64,000 nucleotides of DNA. It comes from Paraspadella gotoi. Lineage: Eukaryota > Animalia > Chaetognatha. Position numbers and translations under genes: made by a program. Location of the stretch: assembly GCA_051294375.1 (NCBI GenBank), contig CM119270.1, forward strand, positions 16,053,452-16,117,451. Direction: 5' to 3'. Below, one piece after another: positions 14,401-26,976 of the stretch; within the stretch, counting starts at the first letter, position 1, and every line of letters starts with the position of its first letter. The notes beneath the pieces were generated by a model. That model was not told where the DNA came from and ran no database searches. It saw only the letters and a list, made by a program, of their open reading frames with translations.

Positions 14401-14980
14401 CGGAAAAAAAACTAAGATATTTATTTTAATTTGGGACTTGTTGTTTTGCGCTCCTTCGAAGTCGAAACATTTCCAAATTAAAAATTAAAATTAAATCGTT
14501 GTTGCCAATAAAAAATATTTTTCTTTCCGCTAAATCTCAACATAACGAACTGAAAAAAATTAGCACAATTAATTAATTAAAATTTCCTTACGTATACGAA
14601 ATATATATTTTTAAGTTTAAAATTTGTGATGTTGACATTTTGAAAGTTAGTATTTTTAAAAATTTTATAATATCTAATTTTTTGCTTAAAATTTTGTGAA
14701 TTCTTATAGAAAAACTAATTTTGAAATTGACATGTGTAAGTTTTAACGTCAGTTGAAACTATTCCGCTTGACCAGTGTTCACCACTGACCGAACCCGTCA
14801 TAGTCCGCCTTTCTTCCTCCTCCTCCTCGTCGTCGTCGTCGTCGTCGTCCATCCTCTGACCCCTTATTCGCGGAAGACATCTCTCGCCTCGTTTACAAAA
14901 TGGACATCTTGCGCCCGGGGGATGACGACGACGATGACGACGAATAAGCAACGACAACGACCCCTGGGATAAGTGCAGAA

Positions 14981-15015
<35 letters not shown>

Positions 15016-15029
15016 GAGAAGAGAGAGAT

Positions 15030-15075
<46 letters not shown>

Positions 15076-15133
15076 GAGAGAAGAGAGAGAGAGAATGGAG
15101 AGAGAAGAGAGAGAGACGAGAGAGAGAGAGAGA

Positions 15134-15178
<45 letters not shown>

Positions 15179-15549
15179 CGGTAATCGTTCAGGAGACGAA
15201 TTTGTCTCGGCCTGTCGTTTTAACCCTCCACCGCTCCACCTCTCCTTCCCCTCCTTGATTTCTATCTTCATATCGCGGCAATGGTATTAATTAACTGGTC
15301 ACGCGGCGGCGACTGCGCGGCGGCGCGGCGGCGGCGTGGAGGCGAGTTGAAAGGCGGACAATAGTGGGGGCTTTGGTGAGAGCCGACGACCGCTTTACGA
15401 TACCGATCTTACCTTTTAGCTCCATGTTTCTATCTCCTGACTAATTTTTCAATTTGGCTCCGAGTCTTTCCACTATTTTGGACATTCTTTGCGTATTATC
15501 TTTGGTTTCTTTCTTTCTTTCTTTCCTTTCTTTCTTTCTTTCTTTCTTT

Positions 15550-15598
<49 letters not shown>

Positions 15599-17365
15599 TT
15601 CTCCTTTCCCACTATTTTCCTTCCATCTTTCCTTTCTTCTCTCCTGTTTTTTTCTATCCTTTCTAATCCCCTCGATTTTTTCACTAGTTCTGCCTCTTTA
15701 ATCTTCCCCTCGATTCTTCCCTCGATTCTGCCCTCGATTCTTCTCCTTCAATTCTCTTTCCGATATTGATTGATCTTCCCGAGTTGATAGGGAAACGAAT
15801 GTGGGGTCGGGATTCACTGAGGAATGGTGAGTCGGGGACTGGGGTAGGGATTTTTACGGGGGGAGTTTGGAGAAAGTAGGAAGGATTACTACAGGCAAGT
15901 TAGAAAGAAAGAAAGAAAGAAAGAAAGAAGAAAGAGAAGAAAGAAAGAAAGAAAGAAAGAAAGAAGAAGAAAAGAATGTCACCGAAAAAGAAAGAAGAGA
16001 AAGAAGAAGAGAAAGAAAGAAAGAAAAGAAAGAAAGAAAGAAAGAGAAAGAAAGAGAAAGGAAAAAAGAAGGATAGAAAGAAAGAAGAAAGTGTCAACCC
16101 GAAAGGCTCTAAGCAGACTTAAATGCTTAAAAAGAGAGAAATAACTTATTAATGGGACACAATGATGGAACGAGAGCAATCGAAAAAAAGAAGTCGTTAA
16201 AGACTGACTCACCGGTCATTGTGAAAATGTTTAAGGGGGCGGGATTTAGGAGAAAGGAGAGAAGGATGGGACGTAGTTTTGGTGAGTAGAGTGATAGAGA
16301 AAAGAAAGTTCCTATTTTACAAAGTGTGGAAAAAATTTCTAGGTGTTTTGCTAGTAAAAAAAAAAAATGTAAATTTGCGATGGTGACTCTGGGAGCTTGT
16401 TTGTTTCAAACTTTAGATATTCCATTTTCTTCCGTCCGCGTCAGTCTATACCAGTCGTCTGTTTATCCGCCGTCGCGTCGTCTATTCTTTTCCTATGGTC
16501 ATGATAGAACTTTTGATATGCAAATGGTTTTCTTTTAATGCCCAGGGATTTAACGGATACGAATTATCTGGTTCAGGCGTATGCTGGAGGCGGATCGGCG
16601 TGGGGGAGGGCGATCGGCGTCGGCGGCGGCGGCCGGCGTCGGCAGTCGGCGTCGGCGTTCGGCGGCAGAGCAGGCAGCGGTCCCGGCCTCGATTAGTCAT
16701 CTCTCTCCCTCCGTATCGTCCCCTCGGGAGATCCCCCTGCTCGTTCCGTGATTTCGATTTCATTGTGAGAATGATTAGTCGTGAGAGAGAGAAAGTTCAA
16801 CGTCGACGATAAGGGTTCCGCACTGCCCGCCGCTGCGACCCGCGCCCACTGCCGCCGCTGACCGCCGCTGGCCGCCGCTACCTTCAAAATCCGCTGTCAT
16901 TCCTTAACTTCTATTTCAGCCACTTAAGCCTCACCACCCAGCCTTGTGAATCTGTCTATCTCTGTCCCATCGATCATTGGAGTCGGGCATTGCCGCAAGT
17001 TCAGCCCGTACTTTAAGCAATGGTCACTTCAGTCGTGTCCGCGGTAGCTCAATGAGTAATATATACGCATCAGCTCATGATCATTAGGTACCAAGGAATC
17101 GAATTCCGTGGCGGGAAGCGGGGACGGCCAAAACGCTCCTTGGGGGCGTTGGAAAACCACTGATTCCAAGCCGAGGACACGTTCCATGGCTGGCTCAAGG
17201 GATGTTAAAGAAGTTGCCGGATAGTCATCTTGAGCGCACTGAGCGAACTTTAGTGACATTTTCTGAAACATTAAAACACAGTGGAGGATGGTTTTTTTTT
17301 TTTTTTTTTTTTTTTGTAAAATCAAATAGAATGCAATGAGAGTCAGCTAAACTGACTGCAACATT
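11470..17365 (+). repeat. Copy 1 of a ~5.9-kb block, an indel-rich duplicate of 23880-29470 in opposite orientation
   Basis: Colinear with 17907-23796 and the reverse complement of 23880-29470. It starts right after a 25-N gap and carries scattered 1-bp indels. Confidence 0.9.
11521..14070 (+). pseudogene. Frameshifted partial copy (exons 4-8) of the Cys/Gly-rich gene, probably an assembly artefact
   Basis: Same exons as 26977-29470 with many single-base indels. It ends in the same TGCTCTTGCTGCAGTTGA and lacks exons 1-3. Confidence 0.6.
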
Positions 17366-17538
17366 TGAAACGTTTATTAACTTCCACGGCGGAAGAACGG
17401 CGGAAAGTCATTCAATCTGGAAAAATTCTTGATAAAAAAGTTTTAGGGCTTAAAAATTAAATATCATTTTCAAATGCACAATGGCGAGATAAGAAACCGT
17501 GAACAATTCGCTTCTCCCTGGGGGAAAGAAGAGAGAGA

Positions 17539-17607
<69 letters not shown>

Positions 17608-17906
17608 AGAGAATATGATACGGAAAAATTGTTTTGTTGATTTCAAAGGGGGGTCCCCTCATTCCCCCCTCAATTCCCCCCTCATTTCCCCTCATTTTTC
17701 CGGTCCCTCCGCCATCGTTGTGCACGCGTGATTGATTCGCAATTGTCACGGTTTTCTTCTCGTTTGTCGCATTTTGAAAAATGATATTTAATTTTAAGCC
17801 TAAAACTTTTTTATCAAGATTTTTCCAGATTGAATGACTTCCGCCGTCTTCGCCGTGGAAGTTAATAAACGTTTCAATGTTNNNNNNNNNNNNNNNNNNN
17901 NNNNNN

Positions 17907-20900
17907 CTGCGGCAGTGGTTACGGACGATACGCAATCCGCGGTTCATTTCTATGTCCGCTGCGGCGCCGGCCTGCGGGGCAGATGCGGATTGCGTTCGTC
18001 GACACGCCAATTGCGAGTAATGATAGAGATAGCTCGACTAAGCTTTTATAAAATTTTAAAAAGAACGATACTTAGTCTTTTGAAACTTAATCTTTCCGAG
18101 GTTTTTTTTTCAATAAATATAATGATTTTTGTCAAGTTATAACCAATTTCATACAATTCAGCTCCTTGTATTTTGATGGCTAGTGCGGAGTACAATAGTA
18201 TTCCCGATCTAATAAGTTAAGGGAGTGGTCCTCTTTCATACAATTGAAGCATTCTTTGAAATATTTTCCACTTCATTGATAGGAAGCCAGGTACTCTGGA
18301 GTGAATAAAACGACGACTTTGAGAGAGTGCTTGATTGAAAGCTTGCAGGGACGCTGTTGTCAATTATCTTGTAAGAGTGATGGAGGCCTTAACACACCAA
18401 GCTGTTCCAAAGTCAGGGGCAAGATTGCTTATTTAAACTGAATGGATAATTTTATATGGTGTTGTACAAATTTCATAGTATAAACCCACCTAACCACTGT
18501 CTTCCTTCTTAGACCGATCCTGTCTTCCTCTCCGTGAGATATCGACCCCGATCCCTGCCGACGCCGATCCCTGCCAGACCCGGATGCCCTGCTAGCCCGC
18601 TCCCTGCCGACCCGATGCCCTGTCAACCCTATCCCTCTTCCTTCCGGCACCCGGATGTAACACGCGGCGAACAATAGAGACTCGTCGCGTGCGGCGCGCT
18701 TCACCGATCGACTCCGATGTCAGACGAACGCATGCGCGCGGAATTGCGCGTGGCGGGATCTGAATCCCTGGTGCTCGTTATGTCCGGAGAAGAAGAAGTG
18801 TCAGTTGGACGACGGTGAGGGTCTTCGCGGGGTGATGGATGTAAAAAAAGTGAGAGAAAAAGACTGACATGTGAGGCGAGTCGTGAGTGAATACCCACCT
18901 TCATCATCCAATCGCAGGTGGACGGACGCTTGCATGAGAGAAATCTGCGAATTCATCTACGCGTAGCGACGACGAGGCGGGAGCTATGCTAAACCAAACT
19001 GAAAAGGTTTTGAATTTATTATTGATTTATTCGTGATTGGTTTACTTCTATTGATGCGATTGAACCTTCTATTAATCGCTTTTGAAATGTATTACGCCTC
19101 CGTTTCAGGCCTCTCAGCCGAATGCAGTTCTCGGAGACCGGCCTGGTTGTGTACCGCCTGTCAGCATCGTCCTCAAATCCAGATTACGAGGACTTGTGCG
19201 GATGCGGCGACATCCAATGTAAAAGGTGTTCTAAAATTATTTTAATCAGTAATATAATAAAAATGAATCGCTCTAACGCATTAATAAATAAATACAACCC
19301 AATCAATAAATCAATATTCCTTCATCGTTTGAAAAAGATTCAATTCGTCCGATAATTCAAACAATCAGTGAAAGCCGATTCCATCTAATCTAATCAAAAA
19401 CATCAATCAATCAATCAATTAAAATCTAAGCAAAAGTCACAAAACCACAACCGCGGCTTGAACAGTCTCCCGCCCCTCTTTTCCACGACATCTTTTTTTC
19501 GTCGCTCTGCCCCGCATACCCACCTCCTACCAACCTCCAACCCCCCCTTACCCACACTCCACTGCGAATGTCTCCATGCACCCCGACCTCACCCGTGTCC
19601 TCGCTTCCACTCCCGAATGCTAACTGCCACCCCCGATCGCCCTACTGTCCCGAGGTGTGCTCGTCTCGTCCGACGCCTCAACGTCTCTCGAACCTTTCGA
19701 ACATCGATATCTGGCCGCAGCTTCGATTTCCTCGAGGATGCGGCGCCGGGGGGCTGGCTGGCGGAGGCGGCGGTGGTTTGACTACTTGCGGCGGCGACGG
19801 CAGCGGCGCTTGCCGGCGGCGGGTTTCGTTTTCGCGGTTGCAGCAACGGGATGTAGGGCAGCAGTTGCGGTGGCGGTGGAGGCTGTGGCGGAGGCTTGCG
19901 GGCTAGGCGGAGGGCTGCGGCCGGCGGTAGCGGCGGAATGCTGCGGCGGCCGGGTACGGCGGATGGAACCGCGGAAGCCTGCGCCGATTTCAGCGCCTTG
20001 GTGTTCGAGCACGGTTATTGGCTTCTACGGGGCTTGCTTTTGGGCGGTGGCTGGGGGATGGTTGGGGCGGGTTGGCGGCGGGCGCTCCAACCGGCGTCGA
20101 TCTGTTGAGCTGGCCCGACGCCGTCGCCGAAAAACGTTGACCTGAAGACGACCGACAGCGCACGCCGTCGCCGCATCGCCGCGTTTCCACGGATCGGACG
20201 AAAAGTCAAAAGACGACGGCCGGAGCGAGGAGCTGTGAGACGAGGAGAAGAGAACATAAGAAATGCACTGAGAAAATATCGGCGAAAGAAATGAAAGGAA
20301 AAAATCGAATAAAAGTCTGAAAGAGAAAATCTGACGCGAAAGGGAGTAAACTAATAAAAAAAGTAAATAAAGCGAAGCACGCGTGCGACGGTCATTGGAG
20401 CGCGAGTATATCAATCCGTGGAGATGATGACTCCGCGGACACTCGTCGGAGCCGCCGTCTCCTCTTTGGCCTTGTGAAGTTTCAAGATTGTCGTAACTGC
20501 TCTTGCTGCAGTTGAAGAGGATGCTGTTGATGAAAGAAATATGAGATTAAATGTCTAAATTTTATATATTATATAGTATTCATACTGTTAGGATCGATGT
20601 AGACGAATAAAGTACCGCTTATGATTTTAAGCGAACTTATGAAAAATGTTGTACCTTTGTCTCGTTTTCGGATGAAATTCGCTTGGGAGCCTTACAGTGT
20701 TTCGCAAGACGTACAAAATTGAAGACTGATATAAATAAAGTAGCAAGACAATTATTTTTAGGGGAGACGCGAAGTATTAATGACTTATAGTATTCTACAA
20801 TGCGTTGAATATAATTTGTAACTTAATTATTAATTAGCGGAAAAAAAACTAAGATAATTTATTTTAATTGGGACTTTTCGCTTATTGCGACTTCGGAGTC

Positions 20901-21407
20901 GAACATTTCCAAATTAAAATAAATTAAATCGTTGTTGCCAATAAAAAATATTTTTCTTTTCCGCTAATCTCAACATAACGAACTGAAAAAAATTACAACA
21001 ATTAATTAAATTAAAATTTCCTTACGTATACGAAATATATATTTTTAAGTTTAAAATTTGTGATGTTGACATTTTGAAAGTTTAGTATTTTTAAAAATTT
21101 TATAATATCTAATTTTTTTAACAATTTTTGAATTCTTATAGAAAAACTAAATTTTGAAATTGACATTTAAAGTTTTAACGTCAGTTGAAACCTATTCCGC
21201 TTGACCCAGTTTCACCACGACCGACGCCGTCTAGTCGCCTTCTTCCTCCTCCTCCTCGTCGTCGTCGTCGTCGTCGTCATCCTCTGACGCCCTTATTCGC
21301 GGAAGACATCTCTCGCCTCGTTACAAAAATGGACATCTTGCCCGGGGATGACGACGACGATGACGACGATAACAACGAACAACGACCCACTGGGATAGGT
21401 CAGAAAG

Positions 21408-21442
<35 letters not shown>

Positions 21443-21454
21443 AGATGAGAGAAG

Positions 21455-21504
<50 letters not shown>

Positions 21505-21520
21505 TGAGAGAGAGAGAATG

Positions 21521-21568
<48 letters not shown>

Positions 21569-21930
21569 AGAGAGAGAGGAGAGAGAGAGAGAGAGAGAAA
21601 AGACGGGTAATCGTTCGAGACGAATTTGTCTCGGCCGTTCGTTTAACCCTCCACCCGATCCACTCTCCTTCCCCCCTTGATTCTATCTTCAATATCGCGG
21701 CATGTATTAATTAACTGGTCAGCGGCGGCGCTGCGGCGCGCGGCGGCGGGGTGGAGGCGGAGTTGAAGGCGGACAATAGTGGGGCTTTGGTGAGAGCGAC
21801 GACCGCTTTACGATACCGATCTTACCTTTTAGCTCCATGTTTCCTATCTCTGACTAATTTTTCAATTTGGCTCCGAGTCTTTCTCACTATTTTGGACATT
21901 CTTTGCTATTTCTTTGGTTTCTTTCTTTCT

Positions 21931-21979
<49 letters not shown>

Positions 21980-22357
21980 TTTCTTTCTTCTCTTTTCTTT
22001 CTTTCTTCTTCTCCCTTTCCACTATTTCCTTCGCATCTTTCCTTTCTTGCTCTTCCCTTTTTTTTCTATCTCTTTCTAATCCCGTCGATTTTTCCACTAG
22101 ATTCTGCCTCTTTAATTCTTCCCCTCGATTCTTCCCCTCGATTCTGGCCGTCGATTCTTCTCCTTCAATTCTCTTTCCGATATTGATTGATCTTCCGAGG
22201 TTTGATAGGGGAAAACGAATGTGGGGTCGGGATTCACTGAGGAATGGTGAGTCGGGGACTGTGGGTAGGGATTTTACGGGGGGAGTTTGGAGAAAGTAGG
22301 AAGGATTACTACAGGCAAGTTAGAAAGAAAGAAAGAAAGAAAGAAAGAAGAAAGAAA

Positions 22358-22390
<33 letters not shown>

Positions 22391-23796
22391 AAAGGTGTCA
22401 CCGAAAAAAGAAAGAAAGAAAGAAGAAGAAGAAAGAAAGAAAGAAAAGAAAGAAAGAAAGAAAGAAGAAGAAAAAGAAAGGAAAAAAGAAAGGATAGAAA
22501 GAAAGAAGAAAGTGTTCAACCGAAAGGCTCTAACAGACCTTAAAAATGCTTAAAAAAGAGAAACTAACTTATTTAATGGACACAATTCGCATGGCAAGCT
22601 GAAGCAATAGAACAAAAAGAATCGTTAAAGACTGACTCACCGGTCATTGTGAAAATGTTTAAGGAGAGGCGGGAATTTAGAAAAGGGAGAAGGATGGGCG
22701 GTAGTTTTGGTGAGTTAGGTGATAGAGAAAAGGTTTATTTTATCAAACCACGGATGGAAAAAATCTTCTAGGTGTTTTGTGTAAAAAAAATAAATAATGT
22801 AAATTTGCGCGATGGTGACTCTGGGAGCTTAGTTTGTTTCAAACTTTAGATATTCCATTTTCTCCGTCCGCGTCAGTCTTACCAGTCCGTCTGTTTTCCG
22901 CCGTCCGTTGTCTATCTTTATCCTTATGGTCATTAGAACTTTGATATTGGCAAATGGTTTTCGTTTTAATGCCAGGACGATTTAACTGGATACGATTATC
23001 TGGTTACCGGCGTAGCGCTGGAAGCAGGATCGGCGATGGCGGCGAGGGCGATCGGCGTCGGCGGCGGCCGGCGGCGTCGGAGCGGACGTCGGCGTTCGCG
23101 GCGAGGGCAGGGAGAATCCCGGCCTCGATTAGTCATCTCTCTCCCTCCGTGATCGTCCCCTCGGGAGATCCCCCTGCCTCGTCCGTGATTTCGATTTCAT
23201 TGTGAGAAATGATTAGTCGTGAGAAGAGAAAGTTCAACGTCGACGATAAGGTCCGCACTGCCCGCCGCTGCCGCCCGCGCACCACTGCCGCCGCTGACCG
23301 CCGCTGTCCGCGCTACCTTCAAAATCGCGCTGTCATTCCTATAACTTCTATTTCAGCCACTTAAGCCTCACCACCCAGGCCTTGTGAATCTGTCTATCTC
23401 TGTCCCATCGATCCATTGGAAGTCGGCTTGGCGCAAGTTCACCCGTTAACTTTAAGCAATGTGCACCTTCAGTCGTGTCCCGGTATGCTCAATGAGTAAT
23501 ATATACCATCAGCTCATGATCATTAGGTACCAAGGATCGAATCCCGTGCGGGAAGCGGAGGACGGCCCAAACGCTCCTGGGGGCGTTGGAAAACCCGATT
23601 CCAAGCCGAGGACACCGTTCCATGGCTGGCTCAAGGGTGTAAAGAAGTTGCCGGATAGTCATCTTGAGCGCACTGAGCGAACTTTAGTGACATTTCTGAA
23701 ACATTAAAACACACAGTGGAGATGGTTTTTTTTTTTTTTTTTTTTTTTGTAAAATCAAATAAGAATGCAATGAGAGTCAGCTAACTGACTGCAACA
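17907..23796 (+). repeat. Copy 2 of the ~5.9-kb block
   Basis: Begins at the same base as copy 1 (ctgcggcagtggttacgg), also after a 25-N gap. Its indels are different from those in copy 1. Confidence 0.9.
17958..20515 (+). pseudogene. Second frameshifted partial copy of the Cys/Gly-rich gene, probably an artefact
   Basis: Same evidence as for 11521-14070. Confidence 0.6.
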
Positions 23797-23879
23797 TGCT
23801 TAAAGTCGGGGTGAACTTGCGCAATGCCCGACTCCAATGGATCCGATGGGACAGAGATAGACAGATTCNNNNNNNNNNC

Positions 23880-24035
23880 CATGGAACGGGTCCTCGGCTT
23901 GGAATCAGGGTTTTCCACGCCCCCCAAGGAGGTTTTGGGCCGTCCTCCCGCTTCCCGCACGGGATCGATCCTGGTACCTAATGATCATGAGCTGATGGTA
24001 TATATTACTCATTGAGCAACCGGGACACGACTGAA
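23880..24035 (-). mobile_element. tRNA(Met)-like SINE head (also at about 17036-17200 + and 23476-23640 +)
   Basis: GTCCCGGT(A)GCTCAATGAG (A-box-like), gctCATga, GGATCGA(A)TCCC (B-box-like), then GCGGGA. TCCCG/CGGGA gives acceptor-like pairing. Confidence 0.4.
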
Positions 24036-24169
24036 GGTGACATTGCTTAAAGTCGGGGTGAACTTACGCAATACCCGACTCCAATGGATCCGATGGGGCA
24101 GAGATAGACAGATTCACAAGGCGGTGGTGACTGGTGAGGCTTAAGTGGCTGAAGTAGAAAGTAAGGAAT

Positions 24170-25496
24170 GACAGCGGATTTTGAAGGTAGCGGCGGCAGC
24201 GGCGTCAGCGGCGGCAGTGGGCGCGGCGTCAGCGGCGGCAGTGCGGAGCCTTATCGTCGACGTTGAACTTTCTCGTCTCACGACTAATCATTTCTCACAA
24301 TGAAATCGAAATCACGGACGAGCGGGGGGATCTCACCGAGGGGGACGATCACGTGAGGGAGAGAGATGACTAATCGAGGCCGGGAGCCGCCGCCGCCGCC
24401 GACGCCGACGCCGCCGACGCCGACGCCGCCGACGCCGCCGCCGACGCCGACGCCAGCGCTGACGCCGGAATCGAGATAATCGTATCCGTTAAATTCCGGG
24501 ATTAAAACGAAAACCATTTGTTTCAAAAGTTCAGATGACCGGAAAGAATAGACGAACGGACGGGCGGATAAACAGACGGACTGGTTGATAGACTGACGGG
24601 ACGGAGAAATGGAATATCTAAAGTTGAAACAAACAAGTCGCCAGAGTCACCAATCGCCAAATTTACATTTTTATTTTTTTTCACAGCAAAACACCTTAGA
24701 ATATTTTTCCACGTGGTTTTGATAAAATAGAACTTTCTTTTTCTCTATCACCTTAACTCACCAAAACTACGCCCATCCTTTCTTCGTCCTTTCCTAAACT
24801 TTCCCGCCCTCCTTAAACATTTTCACAATGACGGTGAGTCAGTCTTTTAACGATTATTTTTTTCTTTTTTTGCTTTGGTCGATGCCATCGCGAATTGTGT
24901 CCCATTAAATAAGTATTTTCTCTTTTTAAGCATTTTTAAGTCTGTTAGAGCCTTTCGGTGACACTTTCTCTCTTTCTTTCTATCCTTCTTTTTTCCTTTC
25001 TTTCTTTCTTTCTTTCTTTCTTTCTNNNNNNNNNNNNNNNNNNNNNNNNNNNNNNNNNNNNNNNNNNNNNNNNNNNNNNNNNNNNNNNNNNNNNNNNNNN
25101 NNNNNNNNNNNNNNNNNNNNNNNNNNNNNNNNNNNNNNNNNNNNNNNNNNNNNNNNNNNNNNNNNNNNNNNNNNNNNNNNNNNNNNNNNNNNNNNNNNNN
25201 NNNNNNNNNNNNNNNNNNNNNNNNNNNNNNNNCCCCCGTAAAATCCCTACCCAGTCCCCGACTCATCCATTCCTCAGTGAATCCCCGACCCACATTCGTT
25301 TCCCCTATCAACTCGGAGATCAATCAATATCGGAAAGAGAATGAAGGAGAAGAATCGAGGGGCAGAATCGAGGGGAAGAATCGAGGGGAAGAATTAAGAG
25401 GCAGAATCTAGTGGAAGAATCGAGGGGATTAGAAGGAATAGAAAAAAAAGGGAAGAGAAAGAAAGGAAAGATGGAAGGAAAATAGGGGAAAGGGAA

Positions 25497-25573
<77 letters not shown>

Positions 25574-25888
25574 AACCAAAGAAATACAAAGAATGTCCAA
25601 AATAGTGAGAAAGACTCGGAGCCAAATTGAAAAATAGTCAGAGATAGACATGGAGCTAAAAGGTAAGATCGGTATCGTAAAGCGGTCGTCGCTCTCACCA
25701 AAGCCCCACTATTGTCCGCCCTTCAACTCCGCCTCCACCGCCGCCGCCGCCGCCGCCAGCGCCGCCGCGTGACCAGTTAATTAATCATGCGCGATATGAA
25801 GATAGAAATCAAGGGGGAGGAAGGAGAGGTGGATCGGGGGGGTTAAACGAAGGCCGAGACAAATTCGTCTCCTGAACGATTACCGCTT

Positions 25889-25969
<81 letters not shown>

Positions 25970-25987
25970 TCTCTCTCTCTCTCTCTC

Positions 25988-26076
<89 letters not shown>

Positions 26077-26341
26077 CTTTCTGCACTATCCCAGTGGGTG
26101 CGTTGTCGTTGTTGTCGTCGTCATCGTCGTCGTCATCCCCGGGGCAAGATGTCCATTTGTAACGAGGGGAGAGATGTCTTCCGGAGATAAGGGGTCAGAG
26201 GATGACGACGACGACGACGACGACGAGGAGGAGGAAGAAGGCGACTACGACGGGTCGGTCGTGGTGAACTGGGTCAAGCGGAATAGGTTTCAACTGACGT
26301 TTAAACTTACAATGTCAATTTCAAAATTTTGTTTTCTATAA
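24170..26341 (+). CDS. Possible 3' exons of an unidentified convergent gene with an acidic tail
   Basis: Donor AAAAG|gtaaga at about 25662 and acceptor tatcccag| at 26094 give ...CPFVTRGEMSSGDKGSEDDDDDDDDEEEEEGDYDGSVVVNWVKRNRF...*. The upstream segments are low-complexity and their frames are uncertain. Confidence 0.25.
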
Positions 26342-26564
26342 GAATTTCAAAAATTGTAAAAAAATTAGATATTATAAAATTTAAAAAATACTAACTTTAA
26401 AAATGTCAACATCACAAATTTTAAAACTTAAAAATATATATTTTGTATACGTAGGAAATTTTAATTAATTAATTGTGTAATTTTTTTTTCAGTTCGTTGT
26501 GTTTGAGATTAGCGGAAAAGAAAAATATTTTTTATTGGCAACAACGATAATTTATTTTAATTTG

Positions 26565-26599
26565 GAAATGTTTCGACTCCGAAGAAGAGTCGCAATCAG
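26565..26599 (-). ncRNA. Degenerate hammerhead ribozyme-like cassette
   Basis: CTGATTGC-GACTC-ttcttcg-GAGTC-GAAACATTTC followed by AAAATAAA..TCGTTG, flanked by an imperfect inverted repeat (about 26508 and 26652). The core is mutated. Confidence 0.45.
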
Positions 26600-26976
26600 A
26601 GTCGAATCAAGTCCCAATTAAAATAAATTATCTTAGTTTTTTTTCCGCTAATTAATTAATTTAAGTTACAAATTATATTCACGCTATTGTAGAATTACTA
26701 TATGTCATAATACTTCCGTCTCCTAAAAATAATTGTCTTGCTACTTTATTTATATTCAGTCTCAATTGTCACGTCTTCGCGAAACACTGCTAAGGCTCCC
26801 AAGCGGAATTTCATCCGAAAACGTAGACAAAAGGTACAACATTTTCAGAAGTTCTCTTGAAATATAAGCGGTACTTTATTCGTCTACATCGATCCTAACA
26901 AGGCGCATGAATACTATATAATATATAAAATTTAGACATTTAATCTTCATATTTCTTTTCATCAACAGCATCCTCT

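Noticed and set aside
14864-16212. ORFs of ER/SL/KE/FL dipeptide type (also 21321-22553, 25320-26086, 59997-60731, 61870-62173, 62721-63389)
   Set aside because: These are translations of (GA)n and (GAAA)n microsatellites.
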